NCBI GenBank assembly: GCA_964057225.1
Contig: OZ059900.1
Span: forward strand, 24,118,001-24,182,000
DNA length: 64,000 bases
Direction of reading: 5' to 3'
DNA from: Auanema rhodensis
Taxonomy: Eukaryota; Animalia; Nematoda
The position numbers were made by a program, and so were the translations under genes. The notes below the pieces were generated by a model, which saw nothing but the letters and a program-made list of their open reading frames with translations, did not search any database and was not told the origin of the DNA. This document shows, piece by piece, positions 38,648 to 52,900 of the stretch (positions are counted from its first letter, which is position 1; each line of letters opens with the position of its first letter).

Positions 38648-41600
38648 TATGGCTAATATTGATTAAATCGATTTTTGTTCATATGAGTCGTCAAATGCAA
38701 CGAATTTCAGCGTGTTACATACTAAAATGAAGCATTTTACATGCTGAACACTAGAAAAATACAAAAACACAGTATTTCCCATGAGAAATATTTTATTATG
38801 CTGGAAAACCAGTTTTTGGAAATTTCGCTGTAAACAAGGTTTTGACTTACGATTTCATGTGTTCAAACTCATGCAATGTCAATGAAACCTAGCTCAAAAT
38901 TGTTCGTACAACGTCTAGTTCCACTTTCACGACAAAAAAACAGGGGTTAGAAAATTAAGGAAATTAGCATATTCTGAGGTCACGCCCCTTATGGCTAATA
39001 TTGATTAAATCGATTTTTGTTCATATGAGTCGTCAAATGCAACGAATTTCAGCGTGTTACACACTAAAATGAAGCATTTTACATGCTGAACACTAGAAGA
39101 ATACAAAAACACAGTATTTCCCATGAGAAATATTTTATTATGCTGGAAAACCAGTTTTTGGAAATTTCGCTGTAAACAAGGTTTTGACTTACGATTTCAT
39201 GTGTTCAAACTCATGCAATGTCAATGAAACCTAGCTCAAAATTGTTCGTACAACGTCTAGTTCCACTTTCACGACAAAAAAACAGGGGTTAGAAAATTAA
39301 GGAAATTAGCATATTCTGAGGGCACGCCCCTTATGGCTAATATTGATTAAATCGATTTTTGTTCATATGAGTCGTCAAATGCAACGAATTTCAGCGTGTT
39401 ACATACTAAAATGAAGCATTTTACATGCTGAACACTAGAAAAATACAAAAACACAGTATTTCCCATGAGAAATATTTTATTATGCTGGAAAACCAGTTTT
39501 TGGAAATTTCGCTGTAAACAAGGTTTTGACTTACGATTTCATGTGTTCAAACTCATGCAATGTCAATGAAACCTAGCTCAAAATTGTTCGTACAACGTCT
39601 AGTTCCACTTTCACGACAAAAAAACAGGGGTTAGAAAATTAAGGAAATTAGCATATTCTGAGGGCACGCCCCTTATGGCTAATATTGATTAAATCGATTT
39701 TTGTTCATATGAGTCGTCAAATGCAACGAATTTCAGCGTGTTACACACTAAAATGAAGCATTTTACATGCTGAACACTAGAAGAATACAAAAACACAGTA
39801 TTTCCCATGAGAAATATTTTATTATGCTGGAAAACCAGTTTTTGGAAATTTCGCTGTAAACAAGGTTTTGACTTACGATTTCATGTGTTCAAACTCATGC
39901 AATGTCAATGAAACCTAGCTCAAAATTGTTCGTACAACGTCTAGTTCCACTTTCACGACAAAAAAACAGGGGTTAGAAAATTAAGGAAATTAGCATATTC
40001 TGAGGGCACGCCCCTTATGGCTAATATTGATTAAATCGATTTTTGTTCATATGAGTCGTCAAATGCAACGAATTTCAGCGTGTTACATACTAAAATGAAG
40101 CATTTTACATGCTGAACACTAGAAAAATACAAAAACACAGTATTTCCCATGAGAAATATTTTATTATGCTGGAAAACCAGTTTTTGGAAATTTCGCTGTA
40201 AACAAGGTTTTGACTTACGATTTCATGTGTTCAAACTCATGCAATGTCAATGAAACCTAGCTCAAAATTGTTCGTACAACGTCTAGTTCCACTTTCACGA
40301 CAAAAAAACAGGGGTTAGAAAATTAAGGAAATTAGCATATTCTGAGGGCACGCCCCTTATGGCTAATATTGATTAAATCGATTTTTGTTCATATGAGTCG
40401 TCAAATGCAACGAATTTCAGCGTGTTACATACTAAAATGAAGCATTTTACATGCTGAACACTAGAAAAATACAAAAACACAGTATTTCCCATGAGAAATA
40501 TTTTATTATGCTGGAAAACCAGTTTTTGGAAATTTCGCTGTAAACAAGGTTTTGACTTACGATTTCATGTGTTCAAACTCATGCAATGTCAATGAAACCT
40601 AGCTCAAAATTGTTCGTACAACGTCTAGTTCCACTTTCACGACAAAAAAACAGGGGTTAGAAAATTAAGGAAATTAGCATATTCTGAGGTCACGCCCCTT
40701 ATGGCTAATATTGATTAAATCGATTTTTGTTCATATGAGTCGTCAAATGCAACGAATTTCAGCGTGTTACACACTAAAATGAAGCATTTTACATGCTGAA
40801 CACTAGAAGAATACAAAAACACAGTATTTCCCATGAGAAATATTTTATTATGCTGGAAAACCAGTTTTTGGAAATTTCGCTGTAAACAAGGTTTTGACTT
40901 ACGATTTCATGTGTTCAAACTCATGCAATGTCAATGAAACCTAGCTCAAAATTGTTCGTACAACGTCTAGTTCCACTTTCACGACAAAAAAACAGGGGTT
41001 AGAAAATTAAGGAAATTAGCATATTCTGAGGGCACGCCCCTTATGGCTAATATTGATTAAATCGATTTTTGTTCATATGAGTCGTCAAATGCAACGAATT
41101 TCAGCGTGTTACATACTAAAATGAAGCATTTTACATGCTGAACACTAGAAAAATACAAAAACACAGTATTTCCCATGAGAAATATTTTATTATGCTGGAA
41201 AACCAGTTTTTGGAAATTTCGCTGTAAACAAGGTTTTGACTTACGATTTCATGTGTTCAAACTCATGCAATGTCAATGAAACCTAGCTCAAAATTGTTCG
41301 TACAACGTCTAGTTCCACTTTCACGACAAAAAAACAGGGGTTAGAAAATTAAGGAAATTAGCATATTCTGAGGGCACGCCCCTTATGGCTAATATTGATT
41401 AAATCGATTTTTGTTCATATGAGTCGTCAAATGCAACGAATTTCAGCGTGTTACACACTAAAATGAAGCATTTTACATGCTGAACACTAGAAGAATACAA
41501 AAACACAGTATTTCCCATGAGAAATATTTTATTATGCTGGAAAACCAGTTTTTGGAAATTTCGCTGTAAACAAGGTTTTGACTTACGATTTCATGTGTTC

Positions 41601-41725
41601 AAACTCATGCAATGTCAATGAAACCTAGCTCAAAATTGTTCGTACAACGTCTAGTTCCACTTTCACGACAAAAAAACAGGGGTTAGAAAATTAAGGAAAT
41701 TAGCATATTCTGAGGGCACGCCCCT
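38648..41725 (+). repeat. 5-monomer-period (1710 bp) duplication, M114-117 / M119-122
   Basis: GAGGTCAC (G333T) occurs only in M114 and M119. Each is followed by the pattern 73C-110G, consensus, 73C-110G. Confidence 0.85.
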
Positions 41726-43777
41726 TATGGCTAATATTGATTAAATCGATTTTTGTTCATATGAGTCGTCAAATGCAACGAATTTCAGCGTGTTACATAC
41801 TAAAATGAAGCATTTTACATGCTGAACACTAGAAAAATACAAAAACACAGTATTTCCCATGAGAAATATTTTATCATGCTGGAAAACCAGTTTTTGGAAA
41901 TTTCGCTGTAAACAAGGTTTTGACTTACGATTTCATGTGTTCAAACTCATGCAATGTCAATGAAACCTAGCTCAAAATTGTTTGTACAACGTCTAGTTCC
42001 ACTTTCACGACAAAAAAACAAGGGTTAGAAAATTAAGGAAATTAGCATATTCTGAGGGCACGCCCCTTATGGCTAATATTGATTAAATCGATTTTTGTTC
42101 ATATGAGTCGTCAAATGCAACGAATTTCAGCGTGTTACATACTAAAATGAAGCATTTTACATGCTGAACACTAGAAAAATACAAAAACACAGTATTTCCC
42201 ATAAGAAATATTTTATTATGCTGGAAAACCAGTTTTTGGAAATTTCGCTGTAAACAAGGTTTTGACTTACGATTTCATGTGTTCAAACTCATGCAATGTC
42301 AATGAAACCTAGCTCAAAATTGTTTGTACAACGTCTAGTTCCACTTTCACGACAAAAAAACAAGGGTTAGAAAATTAAGGAAATTAGCATATTCTGAGGG
42401 CACGCCCCTTATGGCTAATATTGATTAAATCGATTTTTGTTCATATGAGTCGTCAAATGCAACGAATTTCAGCGTGTTACATACTAAAATGAAGCATTTT
42501 ACATGCTGAACACTAGAAAAATACAAAAACACAGTATTTCCCATGAGAAATATTTTATTATGCTGGAAAACCAGTTTTTGGAAATTTCGCTGTAAACAAG
42601 GTTTTGACTTACGATTTCATGTGTTCAAACTCATGCAATGTCAATGAAACCTAGCTCAAAATTGTTCGTACAACGTCTAGTTCCACTTTCACGACAAAAA
42701 AACAGGGGTTAGAAAATTAAGGAAATTAGCATATTCTGAGGGCACGCCCCTTATGGCTAATATTGATTAAATCGATTTTTGTTCATATGAGTCGTCAAAT
42801 GCAACGAATTTCAGCGTGTTACACACTAAAATGAAGCATTTTACATGCTGAACACTAGAAGAATACAAAAACACAGTATTTCCCATGAGAAATATTTTAT
42901 TATGCTGGAAAACCAGTTTTTGGAAATTTCGCTGTAAACAAGGTTTTGACTTACGATTTCATGTGTTCAAACTCATGCAATGTCAATGAAACCTAGCTCA
43001 AAATTGTTCGTACAACGTCTAGTTCCACTTTCACGACAAAAAAACAGGGGTTAGAAAATTAAGGAAATTAGCATATTCTGAGGGCACGCCCCTTATGGCT
43101 AATATTGATTAAATCGATTTTTGTTCATATGAGTCGTCAAATGCAACGAATTTCAGCGTGTTACATACTAAAATGAAGCATTTTACATGCTGAACACTAG
43201 AAAAATACAAAAACACAGTATTTCCCATGAGAAATATTTTATCATGCTGGAAAACCAGTTTTTGGAAATTTCGCTGTAAACAAGGTTTTGACTTACGATT
43301 TCATGTGTTCAAACTCATGCAATGTCAATGAAACCTAGCTCAAAATTGTTTGTACAACGTCTAGTTCCACTTTCACGACAAAAAAACAAGGGTTAGAAAA
43401 TTAAGGAAATTAGCATATTCTGAGGGCACGCCCCTTATGGCTAATATTGATTAAATCGATTTTTGTTCATATGAGTCGTCAAATGCAACGAATTTCAGCG
43501 TGTTACATACTAAAATGAAGCATTTTACATGCTGAACACTAGAAAAATACAAAAACACAGTATTTCCCATAAGAAATATTTTATTATGCTGGAAAACCAG
43601 TTTTTGGAAATTTCGCTGTAAACAAGGTTTTGACTTACGATTTCATGTGTTCAAACTCATGCAATGTCAATGAAACCTAGCTCAAAATTGTTTGTACAAC
43701 GTCTAGTTCCACTTTCACGACAAAAAAACAAGGGTTAGAAAATTAAGGAAATTAGCATATTCTGAGGGCACGCCCCT
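41042..43777 (+). repeat. 4-monomer (1368 bp) duplication, M121-124 / M125-128
   Basis: CCCATAAG (G136A) occurs only in M124 and M128, with an identical order of preceding monomer types. Confidence 0.85.
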
Positions 43778-46700
43778 TATGGCTAATATTGATTAAATCG
43801 ATTTTTGTTCATATGAGTCGTCAAATGCAACGAATTTCAGCGTGTTACATACTAAAATGAAGCATTTTACATGCTGAACACTAGAAAAATACAAAAACAC
43901 AGTATTTCCCATGAGAAATATTTTATTATGCTGGAAAACCAGTTTTTGGAAATTTCGCTGTAAACAAGGTTTTGACTTACGATTTGATGTGTTCAAACTC
44001 ATGCAATGTCAATGAAACCTAGCTCAAAATTGTTCGTACAACGTCTAGTTCCACTTTCACGACAAAAAAACAGGGGTTAGAAAATTAAGGAAATTAGCAT
44101 ATTCTGAGGGCACGCCCCTTATGGCTAATATTGATTAAATCGATTTTTGTTCATATGAGTCGTCAAATGCAACGAATTTCAGCGTGTTACATACTAAAAT
44201 GAAGCATTTTACATGCTGAACACTAGAAAAATACAAAAACACAGTATTTCCCATGAGAAATATTTTATCATGCTGGAAAACCAGTTTTTGGAAATTTCGC
44301 TGTAAACAAGGTTTTGACTTACGATTTCATGTGTTCAAACTCATGCAATGTCAATGAAACCTAGCTCAAAATTGTTTGTACAACGTCTAGTTCCACTTTC
44401 ACGACAAAAAAACAAGGGTTAGAAAATTAAGGAAATTAGCATATTCTGAGGGCACGCCCCTTATGGCTAATATTGATTAAATCGATTTTTGTTCATATGA
44501 GTCGTCAAATGCAACGAATTTCAGCGTGTTACATACTAAAATGAAGCATTTTACATGCTGAACACTAGAAAAATACAAAAACACAGTATTTCCCATGAGA
44601 AATATTTTATTATGCTGGAAAACCAGTTTTTGGAAATTTCGCTGTAAACAAGGTTTTGACTTACGATTTCATGTGTTCAAACTCATGCAATGTCAATGTA
44701 ACCTAGCTCAAAATTGTTCGTACAACGTCTAGTTCCACTTTCACGACAAAAAAACAGGGGTTAGAAAATTAAGGAAATTAGCATATTCTGAGGGCACGCC
44801 CCTTATGGCTAATATTGATTAAATCGATTTTTGTTCATATGAGTCGTCAAATGCAACGAATTTCAGCGTGTTACAAACTAAAATGAAGCATTTTACATGC
44901 TGAACACTAGAAAAATACAAAAACACAGTATTTCCCATGAGAAATATTTTATTATGCTGGAAAACCAGTTTTTGGAAATTTCGCTGTAAACAAGGTTTTG
45001 ACTTACGATTTCATGTGTTCAAACTCATGCAATGTCAATGAAACCTAGCTCAAAATTGTTTGTACAACGTCTAGTTCCACTTTCACGACAAAAAAACAGG
45101 GGTTAGAAAATTAAGGAAATTAGCATATTCTGAGGGCACGCCCCTTATGGCTAATATTGATTAAATCGATTTTTGTTCATATGAGTCGTCAAATGCAACG
45201 AATTTCAGCGTGTTACACACTAAAATGAAGCATTTTACATGCTGAACACTAGAAGAATACAAAAACACAGTATTTCCCATGAGAAATATTTTATTATGCT
45301 GGAAAACCAGTTTTTCGAAATTTCGCTGTAAACAAGGTTTTGACTTACGATTTCATGTGTTCAAACTCATGCAATGTCAATGAAACCTAGCTCAAAATTG
45401 TTCGTACAACGTCTAGTTCCACTTTCACGACAAAAAAACAGGGGTTAGAAAATTAAGGAAATTAGCATATTCTGAGGGCACGCCCCTTATGGCTAATATT
45501 GATTAAATCGATTTTTGTTCATATGAGTCGTCAAATGCAACGAATTTCAGCGTGTTACATACTAAAATGAAGCATTTTACATGCTGAACACTAGAAAAAT
45601 ACAAAAACACAGTATTTCCCATGAGAAATATTTTATTATGCTGGAAAACCAGTTTTTGGAAATTTCGCTGTAAACAAGGTTTTGACTTACGATTTCATGT
45701 GTTCAAACTCATGCAATGTCAATGAAACCTAGCTCAAAATTGTTCGTACAACGTCTAGTTCCACTTTCACGACAAAAAAACAGGGGTTAGAAAATTAAGG
45801 AAATTAGCATATTCTGAGGGCACGCCCCTTATGGCTAATATTGATTAAATCGATTTTTGTTCATATGAGTCGTCAAATGCAACGAATTTCAGCGTGTTAC
45901 ATACTAAAATGAAGCATTTTACATGCTGAACACTAGAAAAATACAAAAACACAGTATTTCCCATGAGAAATATTTTATTATGCTGGAAAACCAGTTTTTG
46001 GAAATTTCGCTGTAAACAAGGTTTTGACTTACGATTTCATGTGTTCAAACTCATGCAATGTCAATGAAACCTAGCTCAAAATTGTTCGTACAACGTCTAG
46101 TTCCACTTTCACGACAAAAAAACAGGGGTTAGAAAATTAAGGAAATTAGCATATTCTGAGGGCACGCCCCTTATGGCTAATATTGATTAAATCGATTTTT
46201 GTTCATATGAGTCGTCAAATGCAACGAATTTCAGCGTGTTACACACTAAAATGAAGCATTTTACATGCTGAACACTAGAAGAATACAAAAACACAGTATT
46301 TCCCATGAGAAATATTTTATTATGCTGGAAAACCAGTTTTTGGAAATTTCGCTGTAAACAAGGTTTTGACTTACGATTTCATGTGTTCAAACTCATGCAA
46401 TGTCAATGAAACCTAGCTCAAAATTGTTCGTACAACGTCTAGTTCCACTTTCACGACAAAAAAACAGGGGTTAGAAAATTAAGGAAATTAGCATATTCTG
46501 AGGGCACGCCCCTTATGGCTAATATTGATTAAATCGATTTTTGTTCATATGAGTCGTCAAATGCAACGAATTTCAGCGTGTTACATACTAAAATGAAGCA
46601 TTTTACATGCTGAACACTAGAAAAATACAAAAACACAGTATTTCCCATGAGAAATATTTTATTATGCTGGAAAACCAGTTTTTGGAAATTTCGCTGTAAA

Positions 46701-49700
46701 CAAGGTTTTGACTTACGATTTCATGTGTTCAAACTCATGCAATGTCAATGAAACCTAGCTCAAAATTGTTCGTACAACGTCTAGTTCCACTTTCACGACA
46801 AAAAAACAGGGGTTAGAAAATTAAGGAAATTAGCATATTCTGAGGGCACGCCCCTTATGGCTAATATTGATTAAATCGATTTTTGTTCATATGAGTCGTC
46901 AAATGCAACGAATTTCAGCGTGTTACACACTAAAATGAAGCATTTTACATGCTGAACACTAGAAGAATACAAAAACACAGTATTTCCCATGAGAAATATT
47001 TTATTATGCTGGAAAACCAGTTTTTGGAAATTTCGCTGTAAACAAGGTTTTGACTTACGATTTCATGTGTTCAAACTCATGCAATGTCAATGAAACCTAG
47101 CTCAAAATTGTTCGTACAACGTCTAGTTCCACTTTCACGACAAAAAAACAGGGGTTAGAAAATTAAGGAAATTAGCATATTCTGAGGGCACGCCCCTTAT
47201 GGCTAATATTGATTAAATCGATTTTTGTTCATATGAGTCGTCAAATGCAACGAATTTCAGCGTGTTACATACTAAAATGAAGCATTTTACATGCTGAACA
47301 CTAGAAAAATACAAAAACACAGTATTTCCCATGAGAAATATTTTATCATGCTGGAAAACCAGTTTTTGGAAATTTCGCTGTAAACAAGGTTTTGACTTAC
47401 GATTTCATGTGTTCAAACTCATGCAATGTCAATGAAACCTAGCTCAAAATTGTTTGTACAACGTCTAGTTCCACTTTCACGACAAAAAAACAAGGGTTAG
47501 AAAATTAAGGAAATTAGCATATTCTGAGGGCACGCCCCTTATGGCTAATATTGATTAAATCGATTTTTGTTCATATGAGTCGTCAAATGCAACGAATTTC
47601 AGCGTGTTACATACTAAAATGAAGCATTTTACAGGCTGAACACTAGAAAAATACAAAAACACAGTATTTCCCATGAGAAATATTTTATTATGCTGGAAAA
47701 CCAGTTTTTGGAAATTTCGCTGTAAACAAGGTTTTGACTTACGATTTCATGTGTTCAAACTCATGCAATGTCAATGAAACCTAGCTCAAAATTGTTTGTA
47801 CAACGTCTAGTTCCACTTTCACGACAAAAAAACAAGGGTTAGAAAATTAAGGAAATTAGCATATTCTGAGGGCACGCCCCTTATGGCTAATATTGATTAA
47901 ATCGATTTTTGTTCATATGAGTCGTCAAATGCAACGAATTTCAGCGTGTTACATACTAAAATGAAGCATTTTACATGCTGAACACTAGAAAAATACAAAA
48001 ACACAGTATTTCCCATGAGAAATATTTTATTATGCTGGAAAACCAGTTTTTGGAAATTTCGCTGTAAACAAGGTTTTGACTTACGATTTCATGTGTTCAA
48101 ACTCATGCAATGTCAATGAAACCTAGCTCAAAATTGTTCGTACAACGTCTAGTTCCACTTTCACGACAAAAAAACAGGGGTTAGAAAATTAAGGAAATTA
48201 GCATATTCTGAGGGCACGCCCCTTATGGCTAATATTGATTAAATCGATTTTTGTTCATATGAGTCGTCAAATGCAACGAATTTCAGCGTGTTACATACTA
48301 AAATGAAGCATTTTACATGCTGAACACTAGAAAAATACAAAAACACAGTATTTCCCATGAGAAATATTTTATCATGCTGGAAAACCAGTTTTTGGAAATT
48401 TCGCTGTAAACAAGGTTTTGACTTACGATTTCATGTGTTCAAACTCATGCAATGTCAATGAAACCTAGCTCAAAATTGTTTGTACAACGTCTAGTTCCAC
48501 TTTCACGACAAAAAAACAAGGGTTAGAAAATTAAGGAAATTAGCATATTCTGAGGGCACGCCCCTTATGGCTAATATTGATTAAATCGATTTTTGTTCAT
48601 ATGAGTCGTCAAATGCAACGAATTTCAGCGTGTTACATACTAAAATGAAGCATTTTACATGCTGAACACTAGAAAAATACAAAAACACAGTATTTCCCAT
48701 GAGAAATATTTTATTATGGTGGAAAACCAGTTTTTGGAAATTTCGCTGTAAACAAGGTTTTGACTTACGATTTCATGTGTTCAAACTCATGCAATGTCAA
48801 TGTAACCTAGCTCAAAATTGTTCGTACAACGTCTAGTTCCACTTTCACGACAAAAAAACAGGGGTTAGAAAATTAAGGAAATTAGCATATTCTGAGGGCA
48901 CGCCCCTTATGGCTAATATTGATTAAATCGATTTTTGTTCATATGAGTCGTCAAATGCAACGAATTTCAGCGTGTTACAAACTAAAATGAAGCATTTTAC
49001 ATGCTGAACACTAGAAAAATACAAAAACACAGTATTTCCCATGAGAAATATTTTATTATGCTGGAAAACCAGTTTTTGGAAATTTCGCTGTAAACAAGGT
49101 TTTAACTTACGATTTCATGTGTTCAAACTCATGCAATGTCAATGAAACCTAGCTCAAAATTGTTCGTACAACGTCTAGTTCCACTTTCACGACAAAAAAA
49201 CAGGGGTTAGAAAATTAAGGAAATTAGCATATTCTGAGGGCACACCCCTTATGGCTAATATTGATTAAATCGATTTTTGTTCATATGAGTCGTCAAATGC
49301 AACGAATTTCAGCGTGTTACACACTAAAATGAAGCATTTTACATGCTGAACACTAGAAGAATACAAAAACACAGTATTTCCCATGAGAAATATTTTATTA
49401 TGCTAGAAAACCAGTTTTTCGAAATTTCCCTGTAAACAAGGTTTTGACTTACGATTTCATGTGTTCAAACTCATGCAATGTCAATGAAACCTAGCTCAAA
49501 ATTGTTCGTACAACGTCTAGTTCCACTTTCACGACAAAAAAACAGGGGTTAGAAAATTAAGGAAATTAGCATATTCTGAGGGCACGCCCCTTATGGCTAA
49601 TATTGATTAAATCGATTTTTGTTCATATGAGTCGTCAAATGCAACGAATTTTAGCGTGTTACATACTAAAATGAAGCATTTTAAATGCTGAACACTAGAA

Positions 49701-49933
49701 AAATACAAAAACACAGTATTTCCCATGAGAAATATTTTATCATGCTGGAAAACCAGTTTTTGGAAATTTCGCTGTAAACAAGGTTTTGACTTACGATTTC
49801 ATGTGTTCAAACTCATGCAATGTCAATGAAACCTAGCTCAAAATTGTTTGTACAACGTCTAGTTCCACTTTCACGACAAAAAAACAAGGGTTAGAAAATT
49901 AAGGAAATTAGCATATTCTGAGGGCACGCCCCT

Positions 49934-52900
49934 TATGGCTAATATTGATTAAATCGATTTTTGTTCATATGAGTCGTCAAATGCAACGAATTTCAGCGTG
50001 TTACATACTAAAATGAAGCATTTTACATGCTGAACACTAGAAAAATACAAAAACACAGTATTTCCCATGAGAAATATTTTATTATGCTGGAAAACCAGTT
50101 TTTGGAAATTTCGCTGTAAACAAGGTTTTGACTTACGATTTCATGTGTTCAAACTCATGCAATGTCAATGTAACCTAGCTCAAAATTGTTCGTACAACGT
50201 CTAGTTCCACTTTCACGACAAAAAAACAGGGGTTAGAAAATTAAGGAAATTAGCATATTCTGAGGGCACGCCCCTTATGGCTAATATTGATTAAATCGAT
50301 TTTTGTTCATATGAGTCGTCAAATGCAACGAATTTCAGCGTGTTACAAACTAAAATGAAGCATTTTACATGCTGAACACTAGAAAAATACAAAAACACAG
50401 TATTTCCCATGAGAAATATTTTATTATGCTGGAAAACCAGTTTTTGGAAATTTCGCTGTAAACAAGGTTTTGACTTACGATTTCATGTGTTCAAACTCAT
50501 GCAATGTCAATGAAACCTAGCTCAAAATTGTTCGTACAACGTCTAGTTCCACTTTCACGACAAAAAAACAGGGGTTAGAAAATTAAGGAAATTAGCATAT
50601 TCTGAGGGCACGCCCCTTATGGCTAATATTGATTAAATCGATTTTTGTTCATATGAGTCGTCAAATGCAACGAATTTCAGCGTGTTACATACTAAAATGA
50701 AGCATTTTACATGCTGAACACTAGAAAAATACAAAAACACAGTATTTCCCATGAGAAATATTTTATTATGCTGGAAAACCAGTTTTTGGAAATTTCGCTG
50801 TAAACAAGGTTTTGACTTACGATTTCATGTGTTCAAACTCATGCAATGTCAATGAAACCTAGCTCAAAATTGTTCGTACAACGTCTAGTTCCACTTTCAC
50901 GACAAAAAAACAGGGGTTAGAAAATTAAGGAAATTAGCATATTCTGAGGGCACGCCCCTTATGGCTAATATTGATTAAATCGATTTTTGTTCATATGAGT
51001 CGTCAAATGCAACGAATTTCAGCGTGTTACATACTAAAATGAAGCATTTTACATGCTGAACACTAGAAAAATACAAAAACACAGTATTTCCCATGAGAAA
51101 TATTTTATCATGCTGGAAAACCAGTTTTTGGAAATTTCGCTGTAAACAAGGTTTTGACTTACGATTTCATGTGTTCAAACTCATGCAATGTCAATGAAAC
51201 CTAGCTCAAAATTGTTCGTACAACGTCTAGTTCCACTTTCACGACAAAAAAACAGGGGTTAGAAAATTAAGGAAATTAGCATATTCTGAGGGCACGCCCC
51301 TTATGGCTAATATTGATTAAATCGATTTTTGTTCATATGAGTCGTCAAATGCAACGAATTTCAGCGTGTTACATACTAAAATGAAGCATTTTACATGCTG
51401 AACACTAGAAAAATACAAAAACACAGTATTTCCCATGAGAAATATTTTATCATGCTGGAAAACCAGTTTTTGGAAATTTCGCTGTAAACAAGGTTTTGAC
51501 TTACGATTTCATGTGTTCAAACTCATGCAATGTCAATGAAACCTAGCTCAAAATTGTTCGTACAACGTCTAGTTCCACTTTCACGACAAAAAAACAGGGG
51601 TTAAAAAATTAAGGAAATTAGCATATTCTGAGGGCACGCCCCTTATGGCTAATATTGATTAAATCGATTTTTGTTCATATGAGTCGTCAAATGCAACGAA
51701 TTTCAGCGTGTTACATACTAAAATGAAGCATTTTACATGCTGAACACTAGAAAAATACAAAAACACAGTATTTCCCATGAGAAATATTTTATCATGCTGG
51801 AAAACCAGTTTTTGGAAATTTCGCTGTAAACAAGGTTTTGACTTACGATTTCATGTGTTCAAACTCATGCAATGTCAATGAAACCTAGCTCAAAATTGTT
51901 TGTACAACGTCTAGTTCCACTTTCACGACAAAAAAACAAGGGTTAGAAAATTAAGGAAATTAGCATATTCTGAGGGCACGCCCCTTATGGCTAATATTGA
52001 TTAAATCGATTTTTGTTCATATGAGTCGTCAAATGCAACGAATTTCAGCGTGTTACATACTAAAATGAAGCATTTTACATGCTGAACACTAGAAAAATAC
52101 AAAAACACAGTATTTCCCATGAGAAATATTTTATTATGCTGGAAAACCAGTTTTTGGAAATTTCGCTGTAAACAAGGTTTTGACTTACGATTTCATGTGT
52201 TCAAACTCATGCAATGTCAATGTAACCTAGCTCAAAATTGTTCGTACAACGTCTAGTTCCACTTTCACGACAAAAAAACAGGGGTTAGAAAATTAAGGAA
52301 ATTAGCATATTCTGAGGGCACGCCCCTTATGGCTAATATTGATTAAATCGATTTTTGTTCATATGAGTCGTCAAATGCAACGAATTTCAGCGTGTTACAA
52401 ACTAAAATGAAGCATTTTACATGCTGAACACTAGAAAAATACAAAAACACAGTATTTCCCATGAGAAATATTTTATTATGCTGGAAAACCAGTTTTTGGA
52501 AATTTCGCTGTAAACAAGGTTTTGACTTACGATTTCATGTGTTCAAACTCATGCAATGTCAATGAAACCTAGCTCAAAATTGTTCGTACAACGTCTAGTT
52601 CCACTTTCACGACAAAAAAACAGGGGTTAGAAAATTAAGGAAATTAGCATATTCTGAGGGCACGCCCCTTATGGCTAATATTGATTAAATCGATTTTTGT
52701 TCATATGAGTCGTCAAATGCAACGAATTTCAGCGTGTTACATACTAAAATGAAGCATTTTACATGCTGAACACTAGAAAAATACAAAAACACAGTATTTC
52801 CCATGAGAAATATTTTATTATGCTGGAAAACCAGTTTTTGGAAATTTCGCTGTAAACAAGGTTTTGACTTACGATTTCATGTGTTCAAACTCATGCAATG

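Noticed and set aside
43793-44002. 69-aa minus-strand ORF (MSLNTSNRKS...)
   Set aside because: It exists only because a private C>G at 43986 (monomer position 209, M129) turns a minus-strand TGA into TCA. The other monomers have the stop, and the peptide has no recognisable domain.
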